64,000 bases of DNA, from NCBI RefSeq assembly GCF_009914755.1, contig NC_060935.1, one strand, 5' to 3'. Positions within the stretch are counted from its first letter, which is position 1. Every line of letters begins with the position of its first letter. The translations under genes were made by a program, and so were the position numbers. This DNA is from the human T2T-CHM13v2.0 reference genome, Homo sapiens. The notes below the pieces were generated by a model, which saw nothing but the letters and a program-made list of their open reading frames with translations, did no database searches and was not told the origin of the DNA. Positions 1 through 15,269 of the stretch are shown here, in pieces.

Positions 1-449
1 ATGTGCACAAACTTATCAATAATTGCTTATCTTCCTCCATGGGCCGTATTCAACCAAGGCTCAGCAGTAATAGTGCCTCATGTGTAGATTTTCAATGAGA
101 ATGTTGCCACATCCTTCAGTGTTATTAATAAATCCCATTCCTTGTTCTCAATCCCACTGCACAAAATTTACAACTAGAGAAAAACAGTTCATTAGGATGA
201 ACTTCAAATAAGCCCCATAAGGCAGAACCGCCTTGAGACTCAAGAGCAAATAAGACCTCAGGGATTCGTTAAAAGTTGACTTTTCTCTAAGAACCTTTGA
301 GGGTTCTTGTCTGGATGAGGCAACTCTAGGGCAAGTCCCTCTGAGTTGATGTCACTTCAGAGACTGTTGCCATGGAGGCTTCATTTCAAATGCATCTCAA
401 AATTAGAGTGTTGCCTTTTTGTTTATTTTATTTTTATTTTTTATTTTTG

Positions 450-1202
<753 letters not shown>

Positions 1203-1604
1203 CCTGAAGGTCAGCCGAAGGTGAGATCTTAGAGCTAGAGCCTTCTCAGGTCTTTTCTGAGTAGCGTTCAGCCCTAAGCATGCATCTGACCTTCTAGGTT
1301 CCCAGGAATACGTGGGGGCTTTTCAGAGTTCCTATTTCTCAAAGCATCTCATTCTCAGTCTACCATGCCAGGCTTTTGGTTAACCTATTTTTTGCCCCAA
1401 TTGTGATCTCTTGCTTCTGACTGTGTCTATTACATTTGCCTTTGCATACTTATAACAAGCCCCACCTCCGTACTCCCATCCGGCACCTACAAAGCCACCT
1501 TAGCCGTGGGAGAGTCCCAGGTTAGGCAAGATACAGGCAAATCCTTTGAGCTGATCTTTCAGAGAGCCACCAGGGAAGCCAAAACAAACATCAATTTTTT
1601 TTTA

Positions 1605-2195
1605 ATCATCCATGGATGGATGAGTGGATAAAGAAACTGCAATACGCACGCACACACAATACATACACACACACACACACACAATACACACACACACACA
1701 CACACAAGTATTATTTAGCTTTAAAAAAGGAGATTCTGCCCTTTGAGGAAACATGGATGAACACGAATCTGAGGGCGTTATGCTAAGTGAAATAAGCTAG
1801 ATGCAGAAGGAAAAATATTGCACAAAATCTCTCTTATATGTAGAATCTAAAAAATGTCAAACATATAGGAGCAAAAAAGAACAATGGTTACCAGCGGCAG
1901 GTGGGGTGCCGTGGAAAAATGTGTGTCAAAAGGTAAAAAGTTGCAGTTATGTACCATGAATAATCTAGAGATCTAATAAATCTAGTTCTCTATAGCAGGA
2001 GAACTGTAGTTAATAATATTGTATACTGGAAAATGTTCTAAAAGAGAGGATTTTAGGTGCTCTTACCACACACACAAAAAGGTAACTATGTGAGATCATG
2101 GATATATCAAATTGGTTACTATAGTAATTATTTCACTATGCCATGTATATCAAAATCAGGTTGCACACCTAAAGTTTCTACAATTTTTCTAAAAA
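1605..2195 (+). mobile_element. L1 3' end (L1MA-type) containing (CA)n at 1645-1706
   Basis: acatggatgaac...atgctaagtgaaataagc; ggtaactatgtgag. Confidence 0.75.
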
Positions 2196-2956
2196 TCTCA
2201 GTTTTTTGAGAATAAGGTCTGTTATGCTCCCTCAGGTACTGGGTACTTGTGCCAGGAATGCGGGCTCCTGTCTTCAAGGCTGTTGCCAACTAGGTAAGAG
2301 CAGGAGAAGCCCCCAGGATAAGTTAAAATGCCACAAAGCTCGCTTATGAGATCCAGCTCTTTTTCCTTAAGTGTCGCCTTGGTTGCTGCACGTATGTTTG
2401 TTTGTTTGTTTGTTTACTAGTATTCATAGTTCTAAGCAAGTTGATTCTGAAAGTTTTTTACCAGTTTATTTGTTGCTTTTGTGGGTGCAAAAAAGAGTTT
2501 TGGAGTTCCCTACTCTGACATTCTTGCTGACATCATTCTAAAATCAACCCCCTTTGTATCCCACTTGAATGACAAATTAGATGGTCCTACTAAGGTTTAT
2601 TCAGGCAATAAACTGGAATCAGACTGATCTCAGTAAAAATGCTGGCTCTGCCACATCCTAGCTGAATGACAGCGATAAGTTTGTTTATCTCTCTGGATTT
2701 CAAATCCCTTAACTTAAAATAAGGATAATAATGCCTAAACTCAAAGAGTTATAGTTATGAATAAATGATGCCATTTCTGACACCATAAATTGAGGTATAA
2801 AGCTTATGATGTAATGTGCTTTCCCTGCTTTTACTACTGCAACATGAAGCTTATAGACTTTTTCCCACACCTAAGAAGGAACATAGGATAGGTATTGTTA
2901 TTGGGTGCGGGGTTAGGGAGGATAAGTGAAATAAAACTATGTGGTTTATTTCTTGT

Positions 2957-3080
2957 CTTTTTTTTTTTGTGACACAAGTTCTCACTCTTTCACCCACGCT
3001 GGAGTGCAATGGCACAATCTTGGTTTACTGCAGCTTCAACCTCCCGGGTTCAAGAGATTCTCCCACCTCAGCCCCCAGAA
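2957..3080 (-). mobile_element. Partial old Alu (right arm)
   Basis: ctggagtgcaatggcacaatc...cctcagcc. Confidence 0.85.
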
Positions 3081-3311
3081 AATGCAAAAATAATAATAAT
3101 AATAATAATACAGGATTCTTCTTTGTCCCTATGCTATGCTGTTAAGACAATCAAGAGTATCAAGAGTAGAAGCACTTGTCTTGCAAGTCACCAGGTGGGC
3201 CCTCTTCCAAGTGTACTAAAGAAAAATAATATTTTTAAAAGAGTACAACTGGTGCAGTCACAATGCCTAAGACACACAGGTGCACAAATATAAGAGGCTG
3301 CAAAATAGAGA

Positions 3312-3496
3312 AGTAGTTCTCAAATGTTAACATTCATTAGAATTGCCTACAAAAGTTGTTAAAACTCAGGTTTCTTGGCTCCATCAGCAGAGGTTTTTAT
3401 TCAGTAGGTCTGTGGGTGGAGCCCAAGAATTTATATGATAAGTTCCCAGGCAGTGCTGATGATGCTAGTCTGAGGACCACAAGCTGAGAACCACTG
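3312..3496. mobile_element. MER5A-like hAT DNA transposon
   Basis: Terminal inverted repeats agtagttctcaaa / tgagaaccactg. Confidence 0.75.
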
Positions 3497-3519
3497 AAGG
3501 CAAGGCAACAAGCTCAGGC

Positions 3520-3690
3520 GCTTCAGGTTCAAGTTCCATGTCACCTCCATTAGCTCTGTGACCTTGGGCAAATCTCTTAATGTGCGATTCAACTTCTTCA
3601 CCAATAAAAAGAATATCATAATTCCTGCTAATAAATATCACCTGTCCCCAAGATACTTATGAGCATTAAATGATTTAAACTCGTGACAGG
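3520..3690 (+). mobile_element. MIR
   Basis: tagctctgtgaccttgggcaaatctcttaa core. Confidence 0.7.
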
Positions 3691-4193
3691 AATGCACAAA
3701 TTCTACTGAATTATGCAAACATCATTAATTATATGAGTTAAGCAACTATCATAGCTAGAATTCACATTATTTCCATATTAGGAACCCAACAGTGAAGATC
3801 CATGCTTCTAGAAAACGTGTCTGAAATGTGAGTACTTTGCTACTATGAAGATAATAGTGCCTTGCTTAGACACCATGATGTGAACATGTGAAAGATAACA
3901 ATAGTAACCACAAGAGTTAAAATATATTGAATGTTTCCTATTTACTAGGCATGGTTCTTAATTTAAGCCTCACAATCCTATGAGGAAGCCACTTGTAATA
4001 ATTCAAAATCTGTAGCTTAAGAAAGCTTGGGTTTCAAGTGGTCAAGTACCTTTCTCAGGCTCACACAGAAAAGATCAGAAGCAGGGTTTCTAAATAATAT
4101 GCCTACAGTGCTATTTGCTGATTCATCTAGTTTAGACATGATTGATTGATCCAGGGCCCAGAATAGTAGCTAACTCATAATAGTTATTCAGTA

Positions 4194-4542
<349 letters not shown>

Positions 4543-5269
4543 TTCAATAATTTTTTGCTAAGGGAATTGCTACCAATTAGATTTGATTGGAATTTAGTTC
4601 TCTTATGTTCCCCATCCCTAATCTTTCTCTCCTATCTTCCCAATATAGATAAATCACAATATTCATTTCTCAACACTAAATGTCTACTGTACTTGGGGTT
4701 TTTTTTTTACTTGTTCTATTTTCTTTTTCCCAGAGTAAACACTGTCCTCATTGCTTTCTATGTGCCTCTTCTTAATATTTCCACATACTCCATTATAACT
4801 GCCAAGCACCCAACAATATTATTTCCCAAAAGCACAAACATATGGGACAGTAAATAGATTTCGTTTTCTCCTGGAGGACTCCCTTCTCCTATTCCCACCT
4901 GGATTGCTCTCCAGGCTTGAAGCGTGGCTGTCATCCTGGAACTTCCTTCTGCTGCACTCTTGGGTTGGACCTGCTCTTTTCTGGATTCCATGTCTTGGAT
5001 TACAGTCAGACCTTTGTTCTGCTAGAACACTTTATTCAAAAGTTCCCTTAAAGAAAGAAAGGAGGAGGAGGAGGATGCAGAGAAGGAAGGTAGGGATAAT
5101 TTTTTGAGTTCTTATTTTTGAACGTATCTTTAGTTCTAACCCTTATACTTGAAAACATTAAGAATAATTTTTGCCATGGAATAATAAAAGGATTCCTCTG
5201 TTGTCTTTTATTATAGTAATCACTATTGCCATCCAGATTTTTAATTCCATTCTCATTTCTCTTATGTGC

Positions 5270-5449
5270 AGGGCTGTCATATCTAACAAATAAAAATACA
5301 TAACCCTCAGTTAAATTTTACTTTCAGGTAACAAAATATTGTTAGTATAAATATGTCCCAGGCAATATTTGGGATATACTAAAAATGTATTCATGTTTAT
5401 TTAAACAACGAATTTAATTGGGTACCCTGTATTTGATCTGGAATCTCTA
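5270..5449. mobile_element. MER53 palindromic DNA transposon
   Basis: aaataaaaataca...cagttaaattt...gtccca/tggga centre...aatttaattggg...atctgg. Confidence 0.75.
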
Positions 5450-6139
5450 TTTGTAAGTAATATTTTTCTCTCTCCCTGGAAGCTTTCAATATATTCTCTT
5501 CTCCAAAGTGTTCTAAAATTTCACGATGATGTATGTATCTCTTTTTCTTACTTATTATACAGTATATTCAGTGAGTTCTAACTCTGGGGGAGAAAAACTT
5601 TCACCCCTAGGAAATTTTCTTAATTATTATTTTCTTCCCATTCACTATTTCTGTTCCTTTCTCTTTCTGGAATCCTTATTATTGACAGGTTGGACCTCCC
5701 CTCCTAGTTTCCATTTTTTAAAAGTTTGTTCATTTCCCTAGGAGACTTTTATCAACTTCACTTTGTAGGCTTTCTATTGGAATTAGAACTTTGCATATTT
5801 TTATTTTCAAAAAATGTCCTCTTTATATAGACTGCTTATTTTTCATATCATTCTGTTCCTATTATGTGCACATATCAAAGGATGCTTTTCAATATAAATA
5901 TTAAGAAAGATTCCCAGAAATACTAATACCTTGTAACTAGGTTACTTCCCTCACTACCTTTAACTACTCTGAATTGTTGTGTTATATAATCCTTCAGACT
6001 TGAGAGAAAATAGCTTTTTCGCCCACATTGAACCTTTCTTTCCTCATCCATATCTTAACATCACAAAATCAGAGGATTGGAGAGATATAGAGTCATTTTG
6101 TCCAATCACCCAACCACCCATCTTGTCTAGGACTCTTTA

Positions 6140-6610
6140 TGAGTTATCCACTTTGGGGTAACAAATTACACAAATTTAGGAGCTTGAAACAACAGACATT
6201 CATTATCTCACAACTCCTGTGGGTCAGGGATTCAAGCACAGCTTTGCCGGGTCTTCTGTTTAGGGTCTCACCAGGCTGCAGCCAAGGGGTTGCCAGGACT
6301 GGTTCTCAACTAGAGGCTTGACTAGGGAAGGATCTTCTTCCAATCCCACTCATGTTGTTGGCAGCATTCTGTTTCTTGTGGCTGTAAGAATCACAGAAGC
6401 TTGCTTCTTCAAAGCCAGCAACAGAGACAGACTCCAGAAAGATGGGAACTAACACTCTTACACAATCATACACCCAGAATCACATGCATACCATCACCTT
6501 TGCATTCTATTGGCATGAACCTCAAGTCACAAGCCCACCCACACTCAAGAGGAGGGGATGACACTAAGGTGTGACTACCAGAAAGCAGGGATCATGGGGA
6601 CTACCTTAAA
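6140..6610 (-). mobile_element. MaLR (MLT1-type) LTR
   Basis: aacaaattacacaaatttaggagcttgaaacaacagacattcattatctcaca. Confidence 0.7.
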
Positions 6611-6611
6611 A

Positions 6612-6806
6612 TCTCAACCTTGGCACTATTAACATTTGAGAGCCAAGAATTCTTTGTTTTGAATGGCTGTCTTGTGCACTGAAAGATATTTAACAGCATG
6701 TCTGGCCCCTAGATGCCAGTAACATGCTGCCACCCCCAGATAAAAATGTCTCCAGACATTGCCAATAGTCCCTTAGGGGCAAAATCACCCCCTGTTGAGA
6801 ATCACT
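6612..6806. mobile_element. MER20 DNA transposon
   Basis: tctcaaccttggcactatt...aaaaatgtctccagacattgcc...gttgagaatcact. Confidence 0.8.
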
Positions 6807-6994
6807 TCTCCGTAGGAATAATCCGATCACTTACAGTGAACAACTTTCTCAAAAGAAAGGTCCTATTTGCTCTTACAAGTTATGCATTCCTTCTACAGCT
6901 TTTTTTCTGAATAGCAAATAAATAAATAAGTGTGTTTGTGTGTGTGTCAGAAGAGGGTGTAAAATCCAGTGATACAGTGATAGCAATTGCTTTT

Positions 6995-7729
6995 TTAAAA
7001 ATTGAGACATAATTCACATACTATGAAACTCATCATTTTAACGTGTACAATTCAGTACTTTTTAGTATATTTATAAGGTTGTGTGACTTTTACCACCATC
7101 TAATTCAGAACATTTTCACCATCCCAAAAAGAAACCCTGTGCCCTGTGCCCATTAGCAATCACTCCCACTTCCTCTCTTCCCCCAGCTTCTGACAAACAC
7201 TAATCTACTTTCTATCTCTATAAATTTGCCTATTTGGATCATTTCATGTAAGTGGAATCATATACACATATATGTATATGATATATATGTATATGATTCC
7301 ATATATATGTATGATTCCATATATATGTATATATGTGTATACATGTATATTTGTGTATATATGTATATATGTGTATATATGTGTGTGTATATGTATATAT
7401 GATTCCACTTACATGAAACGATCCAAAGTATATATATGTGTATATATGCAAAAGGCTGTATATATATGTATATACATATGTATACATATATACACATATA
7501 CGTATATATACACACATATATACACATATACACATATATGTATATATACACATATACGTATATATACACATATATACATATATACATGTACATATATGTG
7601 TATATGTATACACGCATATATACATGCATGTGTATATATGTATATATATGCAAAAGGATGTATATATGTGTATACATGTATACATCCTTTTGCATATATA
7701 TACATATATACACATGCATGTATATATAT

Positions 7730-7777
<48 letters not shown>

Positions 7778-8600
7778 CCTTTTGCAACTGGCTTATTTCA
7801 CTTAACATAATGTTTTCTGTGTTGTAGTATGTATCAGTACTTCATTACTTTTTATGGTTGAATAATATTCCATTGCATGGATATACCATATTTTGTTGAT
7901 TCATTCATCAGTTAATGTATATTTGGACTGCTTGCACTCTGTGACTATTATGAATAATGCTACTACGAATATTTGTGCTCTTGTGTAAACTTATGTTTTA
8001 ATACTCTTGGGTATATACTTAGGAATGGACTCACTGGGTCACATGTTTAACTTGTTGAGTGACTGCCAATATTTTCCACAGTGGCTGTGCCATTATATAA
8101 TGCATTCCAATTTCTCCACATCCTCAGCAACAATTGTCCACCTTTTTATTATAGTTATCCTACTGGATGTAAAGTGTCATCTCATTGTAGGTTTAATTTG
8201 TGATCCTTGATGGCTAATGATGTTGAGCACCTTTCCATGTGCTTGTTGGCCATTTATATATTTTCTTTGGGGAAATGTTTGGTCAAGTCCTTTCCCCATG
8301 TAATCGAATTGTTTGTCTTTTGTTGTTGAATTTTAAGAGTTATTTATATATTCTGGATCCTAGACTCTTATCAGATATATAACTTCCAAATATTTTCTCC
8401 CATTTTATAGATTGCCTTTTCACTTTCTTGATAGTGTTCTTTGAATGCACAAAAAAGCACTCAACTTTGATAAAGCCTAATTTATCTATTTTTAATTTTG
8501 TTGCTCCTGCTTTTGGTGTTGTGTCTAAGAATCCACTGCCAAATCCAAGGTCATGAAAACTTATCCCTGCGTTTTCTTCTAAGAGTTGTATAGTTTTAAA
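6995..8600 (-). mobile_element. L1 (L1MB-type) 3' region with an internal TA/CA expansion
   Basis: Antisense L1 ORF2-end/3'UTR phrases. Confidence 0.8.
7260..7775. repeat. (TA/CA/TG)n low-complexity tract with internal palindromes
   Basis: Alternating purine-pyrimidine; source of the YIYIY-type ORFs. Confidence 0.95.
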
Positions 8601-10269
8601 AGCAATTGTTTTTTAAAGACCAAATGTTAACCTGCCTTTTTTGTCATAAATGTCCCAAGATTCCTCTAGCAGGCCTCTTGGGCAGCAACATACAATTATC
8701 ATCAGCTACAAACCTTTCTGCCCTGACCATAGGTTGACCCTAAAAGTGGAAAACCAATAAACACTGATTTGGGAATCAAAGCTAAAAAATAGAAAAATGG
8801 TGAAGCAATAGGAGCGGTTGAGATTTTTCAGGGGTAAAATGTGACATGGGAAGAGGAAGTCAAGGACACAAAGACTTTTTGGGACCTCAATGTAAAGGGC
8901 ACACAGTGGAAGAGAATCCAGTTCTCCATTCAGATTACTTTGCTTTTGATTTTTGAGCATGTTATATTCTATTTCTAGTTCCACCTACTTCTAAACCTGA
9001 CCTAACCTGAACTTTCCTGAGCTCCTCTGAGCATAGAAGGAGGCAATAGATCTTTTCTATTTTTCTTAGTTCCTTTATTTTTCTCAGGATAAACTACATT
9101 CCAAGTCTAGTTTGCCCAAATAAACAACGAAATTCTCAGTTGACATTAACTATTCCTTCTGTAGCAGAACACAACCTCCTGCCTAGAGTCATAGATGTTG
9201 GCTTTTCCACACCCACATGGCTTAAGCCCAAGTACAAATTTATTGGATTCAATTTCATATGCGAAGCAAACCTACTTATTGGCATAAATACACAAAGTGG
9301 CATATCCTATTTCTTTTCATATTTTCTTTCATTTTCAATACATATACCCACAAACATATATGTAATTTTTCACAAATATGTAACTGTGATAACATGCATG
9401 CTTTGGTGGGTGTGTACAATTCTTCTTTTCTTTATTCTTTGGTAACATTGTGCCAATACCACAGACATGACACATGCAGACACCTACACCAATGTTTCTT
9501 CATGGTCTTCAGACTTTTACATCTGTGTGTATTAAAATTCAACTTGTTGAGCTCCATTAATACTGATATGCATGGCCTGTCAGGGTGCAGATTGTACTCC
9601 TTTTTGAAATGATTTCTCAGGAACCACCAGATGACATTTTCACCCCATCGACTTCCCTCTGATTTCGCTGCTAACTAACCTCCCCCAAAGTGGAAGGACA
9701 CCCGCTGTGTTAGATCATAGAGCTTCAAGTCCAGGGGAAAACTAAGGATGATTTACAGATGCTTGAGGGCAACTTACATTTCTATAGCAACTAAGCATTT
9801 GGAAAATCATTTGCATACACATTATCTCCCTTTATGCTTACAACATGCCTTGGGAGTTGACGTTGTTACTCTTCATTTTATGGATAAGGAAATGACTTGT
9901 CACTCGGTAAGTAGTTTAACTATAACCACACTACACTGTACTCTCTAGATTTGGAATAATGTTAGTTTTATATTATCAAAGCCTAGTGAATATTTTGGGA
10001 TTGCCTATACAAAAAGGGAGATTAAATTTCAGAAGCAAAGTAAGCATCCAAACCCAAGAAGTAAAACATAAAAATTTTCATCTTTAAATATGTGAAAAGC
10101 TTATACACAGTGAAAACTCCAGGTCTAGCTCATTTATTCCAACTAATTCGATCTCTGGAACATTCTCTGGCTGGTCTGATTCCTAGAGAACATTAGTAGT
10201 AATGGCATGAGTAAAATGCAGGAAACAGCTCAGTCAGGGGAGATGCTCATACCTAGCTCCACCAGGAAA

Positions 10270-10935
10270 ATGGCAGCAGAAAGTCACTCTACGGTGACAG
10301 AGTTCATTCTCAGGAAAAAGCCAGCAAGGGCTCCAGCTCCCCCTCTTCTAGGGATCTGTTTGAAAACCGTAGTGGGGGCCCTCATCTTGATCACTCTAGT
10401 TTTCCTTAATTCTCAGCTTCACCCTCCCATGTACTACGTCATCAGAAATTTATCATTTATGGATCACTGCAATTGCTCTATTAGTACCCCTAAAATACTG
10501 GTGAAGTTTGTGTTAGAGAAGACCATCATCTCCTATGAGGACGGCATGTCACAGCTTTGTAGTGCTTCGTGTTTATATTGTCATGGCCAAGCGTAACATG
10601 CGGACCAGCAACTGCTGTCATCACATTTCATCAAGTCAGCTCCCTGCTGGTAGTTGTAGTATTTATATGGAGTTGACTGGTACAACAATAGATATTTTGC
10701 CTTGTATTAAAATAGTACTAGTGTGAGTTATTCATCAGTCATACTTCTCTCATGCACTAGCATCTATGATATTGATAGGACAATTTTCTTTTTTACTTGA
10801 TGCAATATTGTAGTCACTAGATTAACAGTTGTTTCCTACTCCTTTTCTCTCCAGCATCCTCCACATCAGCTTTACAAAGGGCAAGCTCTGGGTTTTTCCC
10901 GTAGGTCTGACGCATTCATGCTGTTGCCTTGTCCT
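10270..10935 (+). pseudogene. OR8Q1P: Olfactory receptor family 8 pseudogene, frameshifted and 3'-truncated
   Basis: MAAESHSTVTEFIL, QLHPPMYY..RNLSFMD, STPKIL, IISYEDGMSQL and later FLSSILHISFTKGK are OR8-like motifs; stops, frameshifts and deletions; symbol from memory of the locus. Confidence 0.85.
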
Positions 10936-11582
10936 CTCTTGGATTGCTTGCTCCAGAGAAAGGCAGGTGCCATGTAGTGAGAACATTCAATCAGCCCTAT
11001 GGAAAGGGCCATGTGGCGAAGCACTGAGGCCTCCTGCCACACTGAGGCCTTCTGCCAAAAGCCACATGAGTGAGCCATCCAGGATGTGACTCTTCCAATC
11101 CCAACTGAGACATCAGATGACCAAAGCCAAGCTCTTGACTGCAACCTTTGAGCAACTCTGAGTCACAGCAACCCAGCTAAGATGCTACCAAATGCCTGAC
11201 CTGCAGAACCTGGGAAATAATAAATGTTTGTTGTTTTAAGATGCTAATTTTTTTTTTTTTAGATGGAGTCTCACTCTGTCACCCAGGCTGGAGTGCAGTG
11301 GCACGATCTTGGCTCACTGCAACTTCCACCTCCTGGGTTCAAGCAATTCTCTGCCTCAGCCTCCCAAGTAGCTGGGATTACAGGTGCCCACCACCATGCC
11401 CGGCTAATTTTTTGTATTTTTAGTAGAGATGGGGTTTCACCATCTTGGCCAGGCTGGTCTTGAATTCCTGACCTCATGATCCACCCACCTCAGCCTCCCA
11501 AAGTGCTGGGATTATAGGCATGAGCCACCGCACCCAGCCTTAAGATGCTAATTTTTAAAGTAATTTGTTACTCAGAAATAGT
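10936..11582 (+). mobile_element. MaLR (MLT1) LTR, split by an Alu
   Basis: gccatgtagtgag...gaggcctcctgcca...ataataaatgtttgttgttttaag...taatttgttactcag. Confidence 0.75.
11248..11539 (-). mobile_element. Alu (AluS)
   Basis: TSD ttaagatgctaatttt. Confidence 0.95.
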
Positions 11583-11861
11583 GCACATATGAAGAGCTCA
11601 AAGTCATTAGTCATCAGGAGAAAAGACAATTAAAGTAACAAGATATCATTTTACAGCAGTAGCCCCAGAGGACCTAGAAATTCTAGACCTGGACGTGTAT
11701 CCCAACTGAATTTTCCTTTAGGACCATGAGGGGAAATGTATGTTATTTGTGGAAGTAAAATGAGTCTCCATCAATAGGCAAGTGAGTAGGTAAAGTATTT
11801 TGCAGCAGTAGAAACAGATTTGCTGTGGACATAACAACATGGATTGACTTTAAAGTGCTGA

Positions 11862-12184
<323 letters not shown>

Positions 12185-13291
12185 TGAGTGTTTTTAAAAA
12201 TAAGAAACAGAATGAAATATAACATGGAATATCACTTATGTATATTAAAATTACAAAGCACAGACTTTCAAGTAAGGTGCAATATGTCATGTCATAGCAT
12301 GGCAGGTGAATGCTCCTGCAGCAACAAATAGAAAAAGCTGTATCAATAACAAAAAGTATGTTTTATGGATATCTGGAAGCTATGAAAGAAATGAGAATGA
12401 GAGGAATTGAAATTCCAGAGGAAACAGAACTATTTTGCAGTAAGATAACAAGTTATTTCTGTTTCTAGGAGACTTGGTCCAAGCACAGGGCCTCTGTTGA
12501 GAAAAAAATAAACCATCAAAGCTTTTAATGATTCTTACCAGATGGAGTGACAATTAGAAACTTGAGGGACTTCACACACATGGCCAGTTGTCCCCAGAGG
12601 ACATAGACTGAGCGCTAGAGTCATGTGAACTGAAGACCAGAACAGAAGTTTCTAAAATACAAAGTGAAAACTGCTACACTCTGTGATGCTTAGAAAACGA
12701 AGACCCTCCAGAGGGACGGGGTCTGCACTGAACTCACTGATCCAAACTCACTGAGCCAGTGTCTAACATTTGCCAGATTTTGAAGCAGTAGGAGGCTAAA
12801 GTGCTAAATGGAAATCCTCTAAAGAGGATAATAGAACTTCTCAATCTTTCATAGCTTAAGAGAAAAGACCCAACAGGTTCTCAGTCAAAAACCTGGAAAG
12901 GTCAAGCTTAGGAACAGGGAAAACTAACTGTAGACAGAACCTTACTAAAATTCCAACACAGGCCTAACCATGCTCAGTTCCTGGTAGAATTGTAATCAGC
13001 TTCTCACCCTATTTACCTAGTAGAAGGGTGAGCCATCTTTAGTGAATGATAGCATCATCTAGAACATCTATGGTTCTTATGGTTTTGTATACACAGTCTT
13101 CAGCATACAATGTGAAACTACTAGATATACAAGGAGATGAGACCACATGACCAATAAAGAAGAGAAAAAGTAGACAGTAAAAGCAGATCCATAGACTACC
13201 CAGATTCTGGAGTTAGCAATAAGAATTTTAAAATAACTCCGATTAGCAAGATCAAGAAAATATAAGATGGGTGAATTAGATGAAAGTTATG

Positions 13292-13613
<322 letters not shown>

Positions 13614-13785
13614 CTAGGATCTTTAAAAAATAATCAAGCAGAATTTTCTGGAGTGATGATAATGTTCTAATTGTAATGGGGTGTGGATTACACAGGTGTA
13701 TGCATTTGTCAAACTCCATGTATGCACACCTCAACTTTGTTCATTTCATTGTATGTAAATTTTACCTCTAAAAAAACTGTAAATA

Positions 13786-14088
13786 GGCCAGTTGTGGTGT
13801 CTCATGCCTGTAATCCCAGCACCTTGGGAGGCCAAGGTGGGTGAATTACCTGAGGTCAGGAGTTCAAGACCACCCCGACCAACATGGTGAAACCCCATCT
13901 CTACTACAAATACAAAAATTAGCTGGGCGAAGTGGTGGGCACCTGTAATCCCAGCTACTCAGGAGGCTGAGGCAGGAGAATCGCTTGAACCCGGGAGGTG
14001 GAGCTTGCAGTGAGCCGAGTCCTTGTGCCACTGCACTCCAGCCTGGGCAATAAGAGCGAAACTCCGTCTCCAAAAAAAAAACAAAAAA
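13786..14088 (+). mobile_element. Alu (AluS)
   Basis: Full dimer. Confidence 0.95.
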
Positions 14089-14427
14089 CCTGTAAATCAA
14101 CATTGAGGTATAGTTGATGTGCATGCTGAAATGTTTAGGGAAGAGAATATCAATGTCTGCAACTTACTTTGAAATGCATCCAAAAAAAGATTAATTAATG
14201 GGTGCACGGAGGCTGGATAGATGAATAACAAAGCAAACCACGTGAAGTGCTAATGATAGAATTAAGGATTGCCAGCATTCACTATAAAATTCTTTCAACC
14301 TTGCTATATATATAAAATTACATAATACAATTTGATATAAGAGGATATTATGATTACTAGTATGCCAACAAATTTGACAGTTTGAATGGAAAATGGACAA
14401 TTTTCTCAAATTTTTAACTTATTAATA

Positions 14428-14912
14428 TAATGGTTTAAAATAGTTCTCAAATTCTTTGACACTCCTTTAAACTGTGTAGCTTAATTCCCTTCCCTGTGGG
14501 TATGGGGACTTAATGACTTCCTTCTAGTGAATAGTAAAAAGCAGAAATAGCAGTTGCAACTTCAGAGATTAGGTCATGCAAGGCACTGTCGCTTCCTGTT
14601 TGCTTTCTCTCTTGGATCACCTGCTCTGGGAAAACCAGCACCCATGTCACCCTAAGGAGAGGCCTATGCAGTAAGGAACTGAGGCCTACTGCCAACACTC
14701 CGCAAGAAACTGAGACTCCCAGCCAGTAACCGCTCAGTGAGTATAGATGTCTGCAGCCCCAATCAACACCTTCACTAGACCCTGAGCCAGAACAGCCTAG
14801 CTAAGCCCCTCCCAAATTTCTGATCTGTAGAATATTTGAGATAATAAATTTTTTTTGTTTTAAGCCCTACATTTTGGGGTAATTTTTTATGCAACAATAG
14901 AAAGCTAGTGCA
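14428..14912 (+). mobile_element. MaLR (MLT1) LTR
   Basis: aaattctttgacactcct...ataataaattt...ttttggggtaattttttatgcaacaatag. Confidence 0.75.
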
Positions 14913-14949
14913 TTTAAGCTATGTTAAGAGAAACTAGAAAATCTGATTA

Positions 14950-15268
<319 letters not shown>

Positions 15269-15269
15269 A

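Noticed and set aside
1-410. Weak EBF (O/E)-like and homeodomain motifs suggesting an OR enhancer (also ~8650-8900)
   Set aside because: All matches have two or more mismatches; indistinguishable from background by eye.
7239-7827. Six long ORFs (98-189 aa) rich in Y/I/C/H
   Set aside because: Artefacts of an alternating purine-pyrimidine tract that cannot encode stops.
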